A DNA stretch of 63,459 nt, filler included, from Octopus bimaculoides (GCF_001194135.2; 5 parts of 4 records of this genome joined end to end with filler, not necessarily neighbours in it); one strand, 5' to 3'; shown: positions 39,174 through 52,398, counted from the first letter of the whole stretch. Made by a program: numbers and translations. Notes: a model not told the origin generated them from the letters alone.

Positions 39174-39860
39174 TATGCTATTATTATTTTTTATTGAAGC
39201 CAACACTTTTGTTAATTATATATTGTCTGGCCAACTTAGACTCGAGTCTAAGTTCTGTAGAAGTGTGAGAAACAGTTAACATTTGAGAGGGCGTGTTATA
39301 GGCTTTGTGCGAGGGCAAAATAAAAGAAATAATAGAATAAAAATAATAAAGACGTCAGTCGCTAAGGAGAAAAAGAGAGAAAAATAATAGAACCTGCAAA
39401 CGAAAGAGGAATGCGATATAAGGTGTTTATTATTCAACGATATTATGATTAAGTATTATTTCAAACTGAAATAATATTCAGTCTGTTCAAAAGCAAGCCA
39501 GCAATGGTCAATCAAGATATCATTATCAATAAAGTAATCACTAATATACGTATATGTTTTCTGTCTGCTTTTATATTCTCCTGTTCAGTGGTGGACTGTT
39601 ATTGTCTGCTGGTTTTGATGTTGTTTATACATTATACACCAGCAAATTAATAAATGTATCGAAGAGAAGAGAAATTATAGAAAACTCCCGTTTGATCCAC
39701 TACTACCAAGGGATGGTAGCGAAAACCTCAAAACACTACAACGTATGTGCCAGTACTTGCGATATATATATGTGTGTGTGTGTGTGTGTATGTATATATA
39801 TATATATATATATACATATATATATAAATATATAAATATATATATATACATACATATACA

Positions 39861-39891
<31 letters not shown>

Positions 39892-40599
39892 NNNNNNNNN
39901 NNNNNNNNNNNNNNNNNNNNNNNNNNNNNNNNNNNNNNNNNNNNNNNNNNNNNNNNNNNNNNNNNNNNNNNNNNNNNNNNNNNNNNNNNNNNNNNNNNNN
40001 NNNNNNNNNNNNNNNNNNNNNNNNNNNNNNNNNNNNNNNNNNNNNNNNNNNNNNNNNNNNNNNNNNNNNNNNNNNNNNNNNNNNNNNNNNNNNNNNNNNN
40101 NNNNNNNNNNNNNNNNNNNNNNNNNNNNNNNNNNNNNNNNNNNNNNNNNNNNNNNNNNNNNNNNNNNNNNNNNNNNNNNNNNNNNNNNNNNNNNNNNNNN
40201 NNNNNNNNNNNNNNNNNNNNNNNNNNNNNNNNNNNNNNNNNNNNNNNNNNNNNNNNNNNNNNNNNNNNNNNNNNNNNNNNNNNNNNNNNNNNNNNNNNNN
40301 NNNNNNNNNNNNNNNNNNNNNNNNNNNNNNNNNNNNNNNNNNNNNNNNNNNNNNNNNNNNNNNNNNNNNNNNNNNNNNNNNNNNNNNNNNNNNNNNNNNN
40401 NNNNNNNNNNNNNNNNNNNNNNNNNNNNNNNNNNNNNNNNNNNNNNNNNNNNNNNNNNNNNNNNNNNNNNTGTTTTGATGATATCAACAGTATCTGAGCG
40501 AATCGTGTTCGTGTTGTTTACTTGTTTTTGCATCGGATACAGTACTCCATTGTCAATTTTTATGCTTTAGGACAGCCAAATATTCCTGTCACAAATATG

Positions 40600-41070
40600 A
40601 TATAATGAAAGAGATTTTTGTATACAGTGCTCAGGTGCACTACAACTAAAAAAAAAAGGCAATCAGGTGTGCTGTTGGCGGATTTCAGGAAGCATGGAAG
40701 TTTTGAAGGATGTAGTGTCTCGACAGCTAATAACTGATGCGGGTAGTTTATTCCATGCTTCAGCAATTCTGAGCGTGAAAAAAATGTTTCCAAAAGTTAT
40801 GGGTGCTGTGTTGTTGTTGTTTTTGTTTTAATTTTATAAGCATATCTGCGAGTGTTTGTCACATGGAATTCAAAAAGGTGCCCAAGGTTGTTGCTGAAAA
40901 GATGGTGGATAATCTTGTGGGTGTCTCCCAGGTCAGTTGCCAGACGTCTGCGCTTCAATGTATCCATGCCCAGGGAAGTTAGACGTTCAGAGTATGGTAG
41001 ATGTTTGACGGCGGGAATTTGTTTTGTTGCACGTATATTGAAACGTATAAAACGCACTGACAGAAAATGG
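40600..41070 (-). mobile_element. CR1/L2-like LINE 3' fragment
   Basis: RATKQIPAVKHLPYSERLTSLGMDTLKRRRLATDL...KII, typical of the CR1 ORF2 C-terminus. Confidence 0.8.
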
Positions 41071-41313
41071 AACTGAACAGGAATAAATAAAAGTTCAACA
41101 TCTGGACAAACCGCCTAGTAAACTGATTGTTTTATAACGAAAGTTTGTCTCTTTTCTAATATTGTATAAAGACAAACTCACTCTGTGATCAAAACTCACT
41201 CTGTGATCAAAACTCACTGTAGTTGAATATGAGAACACGGAAAGGACAAATGTGCCCGAGACCAACTCTGTTATACTTAGATAGATTAAACTATCTTACG
41301 AGAAAAAAATTGC

Positions 41314-41344
<31 letters not shown>

Positions 41345-41514
41345 NNNNNNNNNNNNNNNNNNNNNNNNNNNNNNNNNNNNNNNNNNNNTTAATTAATTAA
41401 NNNNNNNNNNNNNNNNNNNNNNNNNNNNNNNNNNNNNNNNNNNNAGATATCTGATCTCGCTCTGTTTCAAGTAGGAACGCCACATCCCTTATGCGACTGT
41501 TACTGCTCTCTGCT

Positions 41515-41520
41515 TTTATT
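41515..41520 (-). promoter_or_regulatory. Candidate polyadenylation signal AATAAA
   Basis: Plus-strand tttatt about 380 nt downstream of the stop codon at 41898; motif match only. Confidence 0.3.
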
Positions 41521-41897
41521 GTTATTGTAGATCTGTCATTGAAAACCACTTTAATCAATCCAAGAACTACAAATGTCCAGTTTACCCTTCAAACCTATCC
41601 AAAGCAAATCACTGTTATAGCAGAAGTTCCAAGATGTGGTAGAAATCTGATACCATGGGGTGTTCAGATCCACCCAAGTTAAGGATCCCTCCCCTATAGG
41701 TACATGGGACTTTTTAAAATCGTATTTTTAACATTAATGTTTTCGTATTTTGTTATCGATTTTTCTGTTTTTCATTTCTTATAAATTTCTAGCCCTTAAT
41801 ATATAACTACATCCACTTGATCTGATCACTATCGATGGCCACTTGCAACAGTATTCATTGGCCATTACTAACTACTTTCTCTTGACCACTGACAGTA

Positions 41898-44800
41898 TCA
41901 GAGAATCCACCACACACCCAACATTATCACCATCAATGCCATACAACCCACCATGGACCAGAAGTTTTCTTCCTTTTCTAGAAATCTAGCAAAATCTTCA
42001 AGTCTTTTACCATTTATTCTCATTGTTCCAGCGAGAACACCAGCTACTTTACCAACTCTATTGGCCCCACTTTCAAGCTCCCCACCATTTTCTTCTATTT
42101 CATTCTTGTTATTTACCAGTCTAACACCAGCGTCTCTGACTTTACGACCCAGCTTTACCATCCTTTTACCATCCATTATCAATTCCCTACTACAAAATCT
42201 TCTTATGCTCCGACGAATCCATCCTACTATACCGCCCTTTTGTGGCTGTCCACCGCCTTCTCCTCTTATACTATCAAACAGTATCAGTACAACACCCAAC
42301 CTAGATAACACAGATGCATAAAACGACAAAACTACTCTACCGATCTTTCTTAATACTTTATCAACCCATTTGTCTGGAAAAACAATAAACCTCAATCCAT
42401 CCAAAATCCATCTAATTAGTATATAAAGCCATTTTTGTTTTCTTTTTAAACTATTAATGGCATCTTTCATCCATTTCACTGCAGCACCAAACAATTCCTT
42501 TAGTGTAGCAATACCTCTATTAACAATCAGGGAAAGCCATTCTACTGTGCTGGCAACCCATTGCACTATACTAAAAAGGAACCTTCCCAATGCAGTACAG
42601 GCAATCCATCCCACTATACTAGTAACCCATTCCACTACTTTACTAACAACTAATCTCATTGATCTAGAAACCAATCCCACAATGCCGCTAACAACAAATC
42701 CCAGTCCATAACCAATCCACTCCACTACACTATGAGCAACCCACACCACTACACTACCAATAATTCCAACTATACTACTACCAACCAAACCCGCTACACT
42801 ACCAATAATTCCAACTATACTACTGGTAACCAATCCCATTCCATTACCAATCCATTTTAATCCACTAATAACCCCTTCCATTAAACCGCTAACAAAACCT
42901 AGGTTGTAACGACACCTTCTTAATACGCTACTGAACCAATCCATTCCAAAGCTAAGCCATTCTAGTTTATTAGCAAGCCATGGCATTTTACTACCAGCCC
43001 ATCGCATGACACCATTAGCAACCTGTCGTACTTTATTAACAACCGTTTTCGCTCCATTTGCTAACTTACTTATTTCATTACCAAAGAATTCTAGTGCACT
43101 ACTACCAACCCATCCAACATATTTTAACCCTTTACCAGCCAATTCCATTCCACTACTAGCAACCCATCCAAGTCCATTAGCAACATCTTTTACTCCTTTG
43201 CCAGCGAATTCCATTGCACTACTAGCAGCCCATCCAAGTCCATTAGCAACATTTTTTATTCCATTAGCAGCATGTCCGAGTTTATCGGCAACAATCTTCG
43301 CTCCATTACTGGCCAATTGCACTCCACCATTAGCAGCCCGTCCAAGTCCATTAGCAACTTTTTTTAATCCCTCACTAGACAATTCCATTGCAGAACTAGC
43401 CATACATCCAAGTCCATTAGCAACATTTCTCACACCATTGCCAGCCAATTCCATTGAACCACTAGCAGCCCGTCCAAGTCCATTAGCAACATTTCTCACT
43501 CCATTGCCAGCCAATTCCATTGAACCACTAGCCACCCATCCAAGTCCATTAGCAACATTTCTCACTCCATTGCCAGCCAATTCCATTGAACCACTAGCAG
43601 CCCATTCAACTCCATTAGCAACATTTCTCACTCCATTGCCAGCCAATTCCATTGAACCACTAGCAGCCCGTCCAAGTCCATTAGCAACATTTCTCACTCC
43701 ATTGCCAGCCAATTCCATTGAACCACTAGNNNNNNNNNNNNNNNNNNNNNNNNNNNNNNNNNNNNNNNNNNNNNNNNNNNNNNNNNNNNNNNNNNNNNNN
43801 NNNNNNNNNNNNNNNNNNNNNNNNNNNNNNNNNNNNNNNNNNNNNNNNNNNNNNNNNNNNNNNNNNNNNNNNNNNNNNNNNNNNNNNNNNNNNNNNNNNN
43901 NNNNNNNNNNNNNNNNNNNNNNNNNNNNNNNNNNNNNNNNNNNNNNNNNNNNNNNNNNNNNNNNNNNNNNNNNNNNNNNNNNNNNNNNNNNNNNNNNNNN
44001 NNNNNNNNNNNNNNNNNNNNNNNNNNNNNNNNNNNNNNNNNNNNNNNNNNNNNNNNNNNNNNNNNNNNNNNNNNNNNNNNNNNNNNNNNNNNNNNNNNNN
44101 NNNNNNNNNNNNNNNNNNNNNNNNNNNNNNNNNNNNNNNNNNNNNNNNNNNNNNNNNNNNNNNNNNNNNNNNNNNNNNNNNNNNNNNNNNNNNNNNNNNN
44201 NNNNNNNNNNNNNNNNNNNNNNNNNNNNNNNNNNNNNNNNNNNNNNNNNNNNNNCCACTAGCAGCCCGTCCAAGTCCATTAGCAGCATTTCTCACTCCAT
44301 TACCAGCCAATTCGATTGAACCACTAGCAGCCCATCCAAGTCCATTAGCAGCATTTCTCACTCCATTACCAGCCAATTTCATTGAACCACCAGCAACCCG
44401 TCCAAATCCATTAGCAACATTTCTCACTCCATTACCAGTCAATTCCATTGAACCACCAGCAGCCCGTCCAAGTCCATTAGCAACATTTCTCACTCCATTA
44501 CCAGTCAATTCCATTGAACCACTAGCAGCCCGTCCGAGTCCATTAGCAACATTTCTTGCTCCATTACTCATCCATCCCATGACGTTATTACCAAACCATC
44601 GAAAACTACTATCTCTTCCCTCTACTTTACCTTGCCCTCTATCCACACTACAAATTCCTCCTTCTTCCCTAGTTTCTCTTCCCTTTGCCATACTATGACC
44701 ACCACCCACACTACCATCCCCTTCTTCTACCCTATTTTCCTCTTCTTCATCCCTACCTTCCTCGCCCTCTGCATTACCACCCCGTTTCTTTACTTTTTCA

Positions 44801-45573
44801 TGCTCTTCATCTACATTACTATCCCTCATCTCTAGCCTACCACCTGCTCCTTCTTTGCTAGCTTCCCCTCCCTCTACCCCACCACCATCTACCTCTAAGC
44901 TACCATCCCCTCCCTCTACATTATCATCTCCTCCCTCTACATTACCACAACCTCCCGATACAATAGAATGTGCTCCGTCTACCCTAGCAGCTTCTCCCAC
45001 TCTATTGTCACTCCTTCCCTCTTCAATTGCATCCACTCTAGGAAACCACCCACTCCTAATTCCTTCCGTCACACAAATCCTACCCTCTAATCCACATTGG
45101 GTATCCCACTTGCATGCAAAAGACAAGAACAGCGGATAATCATTCTGTAGCATGGAAGCCGCTTTGCATACTTTGTCTTGTTCAATAATTCTTCCTTCTA
45201 TCCTCTCACCAATATGGCTGTGCCATGCAATCGGTAATAGTTCCCATATGGACGTCGATAAAACACCTCCTACGTGATCACTCCCTACATGTACACTAGT
45301 AAACATTACTCCATGTATAAGAACTCTTCCTTTTGTTCCCTCACCAATACGTCTCCGCCATACAATAGGCAGACAATGATATTTAAGATCATTTGACTCT
45401 TCTGCCAATAACCATAACAGACCACTCCCTTCCCATTCTTCACCACTACCACCACGGCCATTGTCATCCTGTTCTCTACCACCATTCTCTCTTTCGTCAC
45501 TACTACCACCATATGCACCCAGTTCGATGCTGTCCATGTAAATATTTTCTTCAATGTATGTCACTGATGCCAC
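41898..45573 (-). CDS. Large terminal coding exon of an uncharacterised ~1,220-aa protein: N-terminal globular region, acidic Gly-rich linker, 22-aa amphipathic repeat array, hydrophobic block, C-terminal TM helix
   Basis: ORFs 43726-45573 and 41898-44288 are stop-free on either side of a 525-N gap and carry the same 66-bp repeat on both flanks. The equivalent ccactag positions (43723, 44255) are 532 bp apart, i.e. 8x66+4, so the frame offset is explained by gap-size error. The ORF begins exactly at a strong acceptor (minus strand ttctgttttgttacaatttttctacag|GTG). It ends ...FWSMVGCMALMVIMLGVWWIL-TGA. Confidence 0.85.
43080..44566 (-). repeat. Coding minisatellite, 66-bp unit (ANGLGRAASGSMELAGNGVRNV)
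   Basis: About 5 near-identical units are visible on each side of the gap, ~8 more are implied by gap length, and ~4-5 degenerate units follow toward 43080. Confidence 0.9.
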
Positions 45574-45600
45574 CTGTAGAAAAATTGTAACAAAACAGAA
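45574..45600 (-). promoter_or_regulatory. 3' splice acceptor with polypyrimidine tract for the large exon
   Basis: Minus strand ttctgttttgttacaatttttctacAG immediately precedes the first ORF codon (GTG, which the ORF track labels M). Confidence 0.75.
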
Positions 45601-46354
45601 ATAAGTAAATACATCAATCCACTAATGGAGTCTCTAAAAAAAAAGGAATATCCCTCAAGGCACACTTCAGTTCTTCAATGACGGGCAGGACAAAGTAGTT
45701 AGTGCAGTCTAAGATATCCTATGCCAAAAACCTATATTGATTTCTTCGACCAACGGCGGTGCTCCAGCATTGCCGCAGTCACATGACTGAAACATGTAAA
45801 GCAATAAAAATCTATGCCATTTTAATCTCGAGCAAGGCCGGGTATCTCTGCTAGTANNNNNNNNNNNNNNNNNNNNNNNNNNNNNNNNNNNNNNNNNNNN
45901 TTAATTAATTAANNNNNNNNNNNNNNNNNNNNNNNNNNNNNNNNNNNNNNNNNNNNATAATTCCACGATTTTTTCTCTTTAATTTTTTTTTTCGTAGGAC
46001 CCTTCACACACACACACACACGCACGCACGCACACTCACGCACGAACCTACACACGCACACGTGCGCACGCACACATATAGAACGCACGCGCGCACACAC
46101 ATTCACTCGCACGCGCACGCATATATATACACATATTTTTATAAATACACATACCGAAATGTATTCATAAAGCTGCGAGATGGTTATGCACACATTTATG
46201 AAGAGATAAATGCATATAAATATATATGTTAATGTATACATTAATAAATGCTTTCATATATATATATACACGAATACATACACAATGATAAATATATACA
46301 TAGAAATAAATAGTTATATACATATAACCTTATACATGTGTGTGCATGTGCGTG

Positions 46355-46660
46355 TGCGTGTCTGGTAAGGAGTTTTCTTTCCAACAACATAGTTCCGAGT
46401 TCAGTCCCAATACGCAGCACACTGGGAAAATGTCCTCTACTATAGCCTCGGGTCAATGAAAACCTTGCGACTATATTTAGTAGATGGAAAATGAAAGAAT
46501 ATGACATACATGTGAAGGATTAGGGTCAATGCGTATTGTCTTTGTGTTTGCTCCACACCTCCACTCGGAAACCGGTGTTGGTTTGTTTACCACCAACAGC
46601 CGAAAGATAGAATACCAAGCTTTACTTCGACCAATCCCTATCAAATCGGTACTCTAGATT
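46355..46660 (+). mobile_element. SINE, same family as 1745-2330
   Basis: agttccgagttcagtccc...gtcctctactatagcctcggg. Confidence 0.65.
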
Positions 46661-47146
46661 AACTGCAGTTAAATAATCGAATAGCTTAAAGATAAATGCT
46701 AAAATATTGATATATTTACAAGTGCGTCCAGAGACAGAAACAAAACTGAAAATATTCTCAAGAGGAGCATTCATGTAAAAGCAAATGCATATATGAACGT
46801 TCATCTGAATTTGTATGTATAGCTTATATATGAATCTCAAGCGTATTTATTTGTAAACTTGCACCATTATCCCCATATCAGCTCACCTGGATTTCCGGAA
46901 TCCTCTTATAGCCACTCCATACCCTGTTGATTTAATTCTCGATCAAGACTTCGGAGATGTACCAATTATTTGAACACTACTGCGTGCTTTCTATACTATG
47001 CATCTCTGATCTCACCAGCTGATTGATTCTCTCTCCCTGACTCTTTCTCTCCTTTTCTTTTATTTTGTATGCGTGTGTTTATACATACATACATACATAC
47101 ATACACACACACACATATATATATATATATGTATGTATGTATGTAT

Positions 47147-47194
<48 letters not shown>

Positions 47195-47451
47195 NNNNNN
47201 NNNNNNNNNNNNNNNNNNNNNNNNNNNNNNNNNNNNNNNNNNNNNNNNNNNNNNNNNNNNNNNNNNNNNNNNNNNNNNNNNNNNNNNNNNNNNNNNNNNN
47301 NNNNNNNNNNNNNNNNNNNNNNNNNNNNNNNNNNNNNNNNNNNNNNNNNNNNNNNNNNNNNNNNNNNNNNNNNNNNNNNNNNNNNNNNNNNNNNNNNNNN
47401 NNNNNNNNNNNNNNNNNNNNNNNNNNNNNNNNNNNNNNNNNNNNNNNNNNN

Positions 47452-47546
47452 NNTAAAGACTTTTTCAATTCCCGACGGTCATACTAATACATGTTTTGTT
47501 TTCTACACCACCTGTCTTCGTCTTTCGTTTTTTTTGTGAATTCTCC
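47452..47546 (+). mobile_element. Fragment of the same pLTR-like repeat as 3620-3830
   Basis: taaagactttttcaattcc...tactaatacat...acaccacctgtcttcgtc...gtgaattctccc aligns to the reverse complement of ~3625-3730. Confidence 0.6.
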
Positions 47547-47638
47547 CGATATATATATATATAGACACACAGTATATGTTTATTATTCTATTTCATTTTT
47601 TAATAATATCCTAAAATAATGTAGTAACAAGCACTTAC

Positions 47639-47701
47639 CAAAACTTTGACTTTCACGTAATACGAAGTTTTGTAGTAGATCTGATGTGTAAAATGCTTCA
47701 T
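47639..47701 (-). CDS. Candidate upstream coding exon of the repeat-protein gene (MKHFTHQIYYKTSYYVKVKVL)
   Basis: ATG at 47701, 21 open codons and a consensus donor TTG|GTAAGT at 47638. Phase 0 matches the phase-0 acceptor at 45573. Prediction only. Confidence 0.35.
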
Positions 47702-50157
47702 TGATTTCTATTCTACCCATTATGATGTTCGATGAAATTCAATCAATCGATCCACAAACTTAGGCAGTGCACACACAAAACTTGAAAGCAACACATACGC
47801 ACGCATGCAAGCACGTACACACACACAGACGCACGCACACACAAACGTACACACGAACACACAGAGAGGCATTTAAAGTAAAGTCTGGCTGTTTTTGTAA
47901 ATAGTCTCTATCTTCAGATATTTCTTAAACGTGAGATACGTGTGTGTTAGTTCATTTATACATGTGTCTATGGGTTCCTCTATATCTGTGTATATCCGTA
48001 TGTGTACCTATGTATGCGCATGTGTATTTGTGCGTGTGTTAGTGTGAGTGTGCGTGCCAGAGGAGGTAAAACACAACATTGTCTAGCACTGATTAGTTTT
48101 TTAAATTGTTATCATCAGTTGATGGAATCGTAGCTTAACAAGTCTATAAGAANNNNNNNNNNNNNNNNNNNNNNNNNNNNNNNNNNNNNNNNNNNNNNNN
48201 NNNNNNNNNNNNNNNNNNNNNNNNNNNNNNNNNNNNNNNNNNNNNNNNNNNNTATATAATATATATATAATAAAACGAATGGTTTACACGTGATAGCTTA
48301 CTGCTAAAGCACGATCACTTGCTCAGTGATCGTTATGTATATGGCAAATGAAAGACGGAAGATGGAATAACGTGTATTTATTATTAATCACGGCAATTGT
48401 TTCGACAAATTTAGTAACCATTCCTCATGGGTGGAACACTGAACAACTAGTTCAGGGACATTTGATGGTGTAGATGTATCTCGTCGGGTGATGAATAAAT
48501 ACAACTCGTTAAAATGACTGTTCCGCAATGTAACTTTCCGTTTTTTAGAAAGAAAAGCAGCCAGACAGAGGAAATACTTTCATTTATATAGAAGATCAAA
48601 AATAAAATTACAGATGGCAACAAGAGAAACGAACATGCAATCCAGCGAGAAAAGTATTTAAAATAACCGTTAACAGATATGAATGTATAAACGCCCTCGG
48701 GGAAACTGCATGGCGCGTGCACACTCGCTCATACAAGTATCCGGAAAAATGTGAGCATACGCACACGTGAGGTTTGGTGCACTCATGATCACAAAGCGAG
48801 GTAGCTATCTGCGTGGTGTTTATAAGAATGGCGAGGTTAAAAGTATACTTAAGTCATCCATACATTAAAATAAATTAAATTAAGTTAACGGTGACTCGAA
48901 ATTCATTCTCATTGCATTGTGCGAAAGTACATTTATATGCGTGTAGGCATCTCGAGAGTCGTTCAGAAATTCTATTAATCCACAAAATAGACAGGGATTC
49001 CTCGGAGCAGAGACGGCATCTCTTGAAAACTATATTCTATGCTTTAGCGTAACTTACTATAGACCAATTAATGCTGTAATTCATTTTACCCTACTTCAGT
49101 CGCCATACAAAATCTGCCAAAGATGTTGAATGTCTCTTATTGATTGTCTTAAAACTGGCAACATGGTTACGATAACGATTCTTAAATTAATCAGCCGTCT
49201 GCCCAATGTAAACATACGGCCCTACCCTTGTGTGCAGGGTACATTTATATACAAGATTTGTACTAACACAGAGATTCATCAAAGGACATTTTGATTTTTC
49301 TCTGCATGAGTATATATCGTATTTATTTGTATATAAAGCAGTCCTAATACAAGTTTAAACTCAGGAAGAACCCACTGCAAAACGCATCGCTAAATGCATG
49401 AGGAGGAAATGTTTACTATAAGAAACTTAATGTTTAAAAAGAATACTTAAATAATATTAAAGAATTCAGGAAATGTGAGAAGGTACTAGAGCGGGAACCT
49501 ATGCAACATTAGTATCAACTCCTATAAGAAATTATTACGTGAGAAATTGAATAAGAAAGACCGAAATATCACAGCATATTGTTTAAAATAGTAAAATAGT
49601 AAGAAGCTCGACGTACAAAATAGGACAAAACCATACTTATGAAAACGATCTAGAATTACAATGAAGGACCACAAACTAGACTTTACCATTATCCCATTAC
49701 CTGTCTGTGATAATCTGATATCAGTCGATTTTGTAAAACATTAATGACTGAATACTAAGTTGAAGTATATAGTGAAACTCGAACTTTGGTCGGGCGCAAC
49801 GAATGTTATTAACTGGTTTAAACATTAGATATATGGATAAGATGCAAGATGCTGAACGCTAACCTATAAGGGAAATGGATTTTCACTGTAAGATTTGTAA
49901 AAGCTACATTGAACTGAAACGATTGGTGCTGCCTAGATCATCTTAAAGAAGTTATAATCAACATGCCAGCCTCAAATTAACATGCCAGTTTCAAATTAAC
50001 ATGCCAGATTCAAGTTAACATGTCACCCGCATTGAAAAACAATACGTTTCATGAGCAATCTGTGAACTTATCAGCAAATAGATGGTTGGATTCAAGTATC
50101 ATAAGAGACATTGACATCAAACCTACATATATACATACGTCGTTCCCGCTCTCACTC

Positions 50158-50198
<41 letters not shown>

Positions 50199-51971
50199 TT
50201 TGCTATTTATGCATGCATGCATACAGACAGACGCGCGCGCGCGCCCACACACATACACATGCACATATAAGTATTAAATTGATTTGATTAGAATATTATT
50301 GTTACGTTCATTATTTATACTTCAGCAATTTATTGCGCAAATCTCAATACGAAATGTATTTCTCAAGAACTGATGCAAAACAATTTAAATAATTAAGTAC
50401 AGGCTATGTCGTACTCAAGACAGCGACCACATTGTTTTAACATTTTTGGTACCTTCTTTTAATTACGAGACAGATGATGTTCCCTTCAACTGAATTCTTA
50501 ATCAAAACTCTGTTTTAGAAAATATTTACAATATTTAGTGTGGTTTCCTATATTCCTTTGCTGCATCTTTGCTGCTCAGCCCCTACCTTCCTTTTTACTT
50601 TCTTCTGTCGCTCTTTCATTTTCTGTGTCTCTTTCTTTCTCTCGTCTTGGTATTTCTTCTTCTCCTGTTCGTGTGTTGCATGCTTCAGTCAACACACTTC
50701 CATATATAATCACTAATAGCCTAAAACTTTAGTAATCCTTGACTCTTAAGTTATATTTTCCACTATTTCAAATTTTACATTATAAGCGTTTATTTATTAA
50801 AATACCAGTTTAATTCACCTTCATGTATAACATCTATACAAAGCTGTATATCATAATAAATTTCTTAAACGTATCGAAAAGTGAGGACGTTAAATTTAGA
50901 ACACTAGTGTAAAATATTATATCCAATATTTACATATATTTTCCTATGTAGATCTGTGGATTTAAGTATTTTATCAAATGTTGAAGACATCGTTCATTTA
51001 TAGGACTTAGTACGCACTTCTCCGCATAGATGAACGATGTAATACACTATAGATATATTACTAACAGTAGATAAATTATTTATTATACTTTAGATGATGT
51101 TCGTTCGGTATTTATTGACTTTATGTTAGTGTTTTGTGGTTCCTGCCTTGTGATTCTGAATGGATGTCACTGCAACGTATCGTACATACTTCAACTAGTC
51201 TTATTCGCATACCATATAAAAGTAGGAAAAGTCAAAGATCTAATCTCCCGAAAACCGTAGGCTCCCACCGGGTTTCATTTTCTGACTCTATCAGGTTTAC
51301 TTTAGTTATGTCACTAATAATTTCGGTTTAGACACGTACTTGACCACTCCCAGTTGTTGCCGGTCACCAACAATCTGAGGTCTTTGAACGAAGAATCAAT
51401 AAATATATATTTCTAAAACATTCTCTTTAATCTTCCAGACAGTTTCATCATCACACTCTTTCAATTACTTCAGCAATAACTAATTTTATGCCAAATAGTG
51501 AACATTCTTGTCGCACCAGATCACGCACAAACAGTCGGTCGCACACACATATACACTATGAACTACAGCTAATAGAAATTTCGACGAATTTACATCAAGC
51601 AGAATTAGTTTACTTCTAGTATTTACAATTCAACGTTGGATAACATTTTCAAATATAATTTAATGATTATTGTCCTTCGTCTCTATTGACTGGCATATTT
51701 GTTTAAAAAAACTATTTATTTTGGAATTAAATGTCTCTAAGTGAGTCTTGGAAAAGTCTCCGTATTTGGACATTTAAATGAATAGTAAACTACGTAAACT
51801 ACATTTAATTTCCGAGAGAATTATGAGTAAACTTAATGTCGTCCATTGTACTAATGTTGCATGAGAGGCAGAGGAAATGATCTTTAAGTTGATTTAAAAG
51901 TTAGTTTACAATAACAATTTTACAAACGTATCAAACAAATATCAATAGTTAACCACTCACTCACGCATTGT

Positions 51972-52027
<56 letters not shown>

Positions 52028-52332
52028 TGTATACACACTTATATATATACATATATATATATATATGCATACTTACATACTTTCACGCACACGCACACAT
52101 ATGTATATATGTACGTAAATATATGTAGACATATATACATGGACGTGAAAGAAACTGTTCTTTTGCTTTTTTTCTGTTCTATGAATTACTGGTACTTATG
52201 TATGCAATAGACAGTCTTTACATATGTATATATCCTCATAAGTGTTTAAAATAAATGAATAGACATAATATAATGTCTGACAATTGATGTTTAATATTTC
52301 TGTATCCCCTCCATTTTCTTCTTGCCGTATAA

Positions 52333-52398
<66 letters not shown>

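Noticed and set aside
43006-44319. Plus-strand Pro-rich 437-aa ORF and other plus ORFs (41953-42321, 42457-42711, 44632-45139)
   Set aside because: Antisense shadows of the minus-strand repeat gene, produced by its skewed codon composition.
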